The notes beneath the pieces are model-generated. The model was given only the letters and a program-made list of their open reading frames with translations, had not been told where the DNA came from and did no database searches. The position numbers and the translations under genes were made by a program. From Lingula anatina (Eukaryota > Animalia > Brachiopoda), in assembly GCA_051362555.1 (NCBI GenBank), contig CM120644.1, forward strand, positions 16,452,534 through 16,516,533: a stretch of 64,000 nt of DNA, given 5' to 3'. This document shows, piece after piece, positions 63,461 through 64,000 of the stretch; positions within the stretch are counted from its first letter, which is position 1; each line of letters opens with the position of its first letter.

Positions 63461-64000
63461 TGTGGGTGGGTGGGTGTGGTGAGAGAAATAGAATGATAGA
63501 GACTGCAATATGTTAATAAAAATGTATGTAAAATGCGCCTAATCTCATTTTACAAACTCTATCATATACACGTTAAGGAGAATAAACTTTAAATGGCGTT
63601 TTTTATGTGAAAAAAAAAGCTGAATTTCATTATAAAATGCATCTTATATTTTAGATATCGACTATATCTACTTCGACGCCGGTTACGTAGACAAGGATTT
63701 ATTGCAACCCCGCCTGGTCACGTGTACATTTCATACGATGATGGTGATGATCAGTGGGTAGTGAATGAACTTTTACGTCATTTAGAAGTGGCGAAAGAGC
63801 TTGACGTCATTATAGATCAGAGGGATTTCATTGGTGGAGCATCTCTGGCTGAAGCTATCGTCGAAGCTGTGGATAACAGCAGGAAGACAGTTCTTGTTCT
63901 ATCAGAAAATTTCGTGCTAAACCCTTGGTGTGAATTTGAGTTTGAAATGTCACTGGCTCGCGGTTACAATTCGGTGATACCAGTCATGTTTCAAACGGTC
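61071..64000 (+). CDS. Toll-like receptor C (A/B chimera), 3' end outside window
   Basis: Exons 61071-63364 and 63655->64000; LRR-TM-TIR. Largely A-like up to ~61560, and from ~61596 onward essentially identical to TLR-B, including the intron. Confidence 0.92.

Overview
AT-rich eukaryotic genomic DNA with GT-AG introns, microsatellites and many transposon relics. The gene content (Toll-like receptors, death domain, SUEL/PAN lectin, CHST-type sulfotransferase) points to an invertebrate animal; the phylum cannot be called from sequence alone. From left to right: (1) a spliced minus-strand gene, running off the left edge, for a predicted trifunctional NDP-L-rhamnose synthase. Its 3,5-epimerase/4-reductase (NRS/ER-type) domain is N-terminal and is fused inside one exon to a 4,6-dehydratase, the reverse of the plant RHM order. 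(2) An ankyrin-repeat + death-domain gene followed by an antisense RTE LINE fragment. (3) A single-coding-exon HxxxDG CoA-dependent acyltransferase (condensation/AATase-like). (4) An 8-exon secreted SUEL-lectin + 2xPAN + mucin-like protein. (5) Two non-autonomous Academ-like DNA transposons with long TIRs and 3-bp TSDs. (6) A Golgi carbohydrate sulfotransferase. (7) A tandem array of three two-exon TLR genes plus a relic unit, with palindromic kB sites, a kB-preceded coiled-coil ORF that belongs to the repeat unit, a chimeric third TLR, and a juxtamembrane duplication creating an RRRAR|S furin-like site in two copies. The reversed rhamnose-synthase fusion and the TLR array are the best candidates for undescribed biology. 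All exon models were read manually and no database searches were run.
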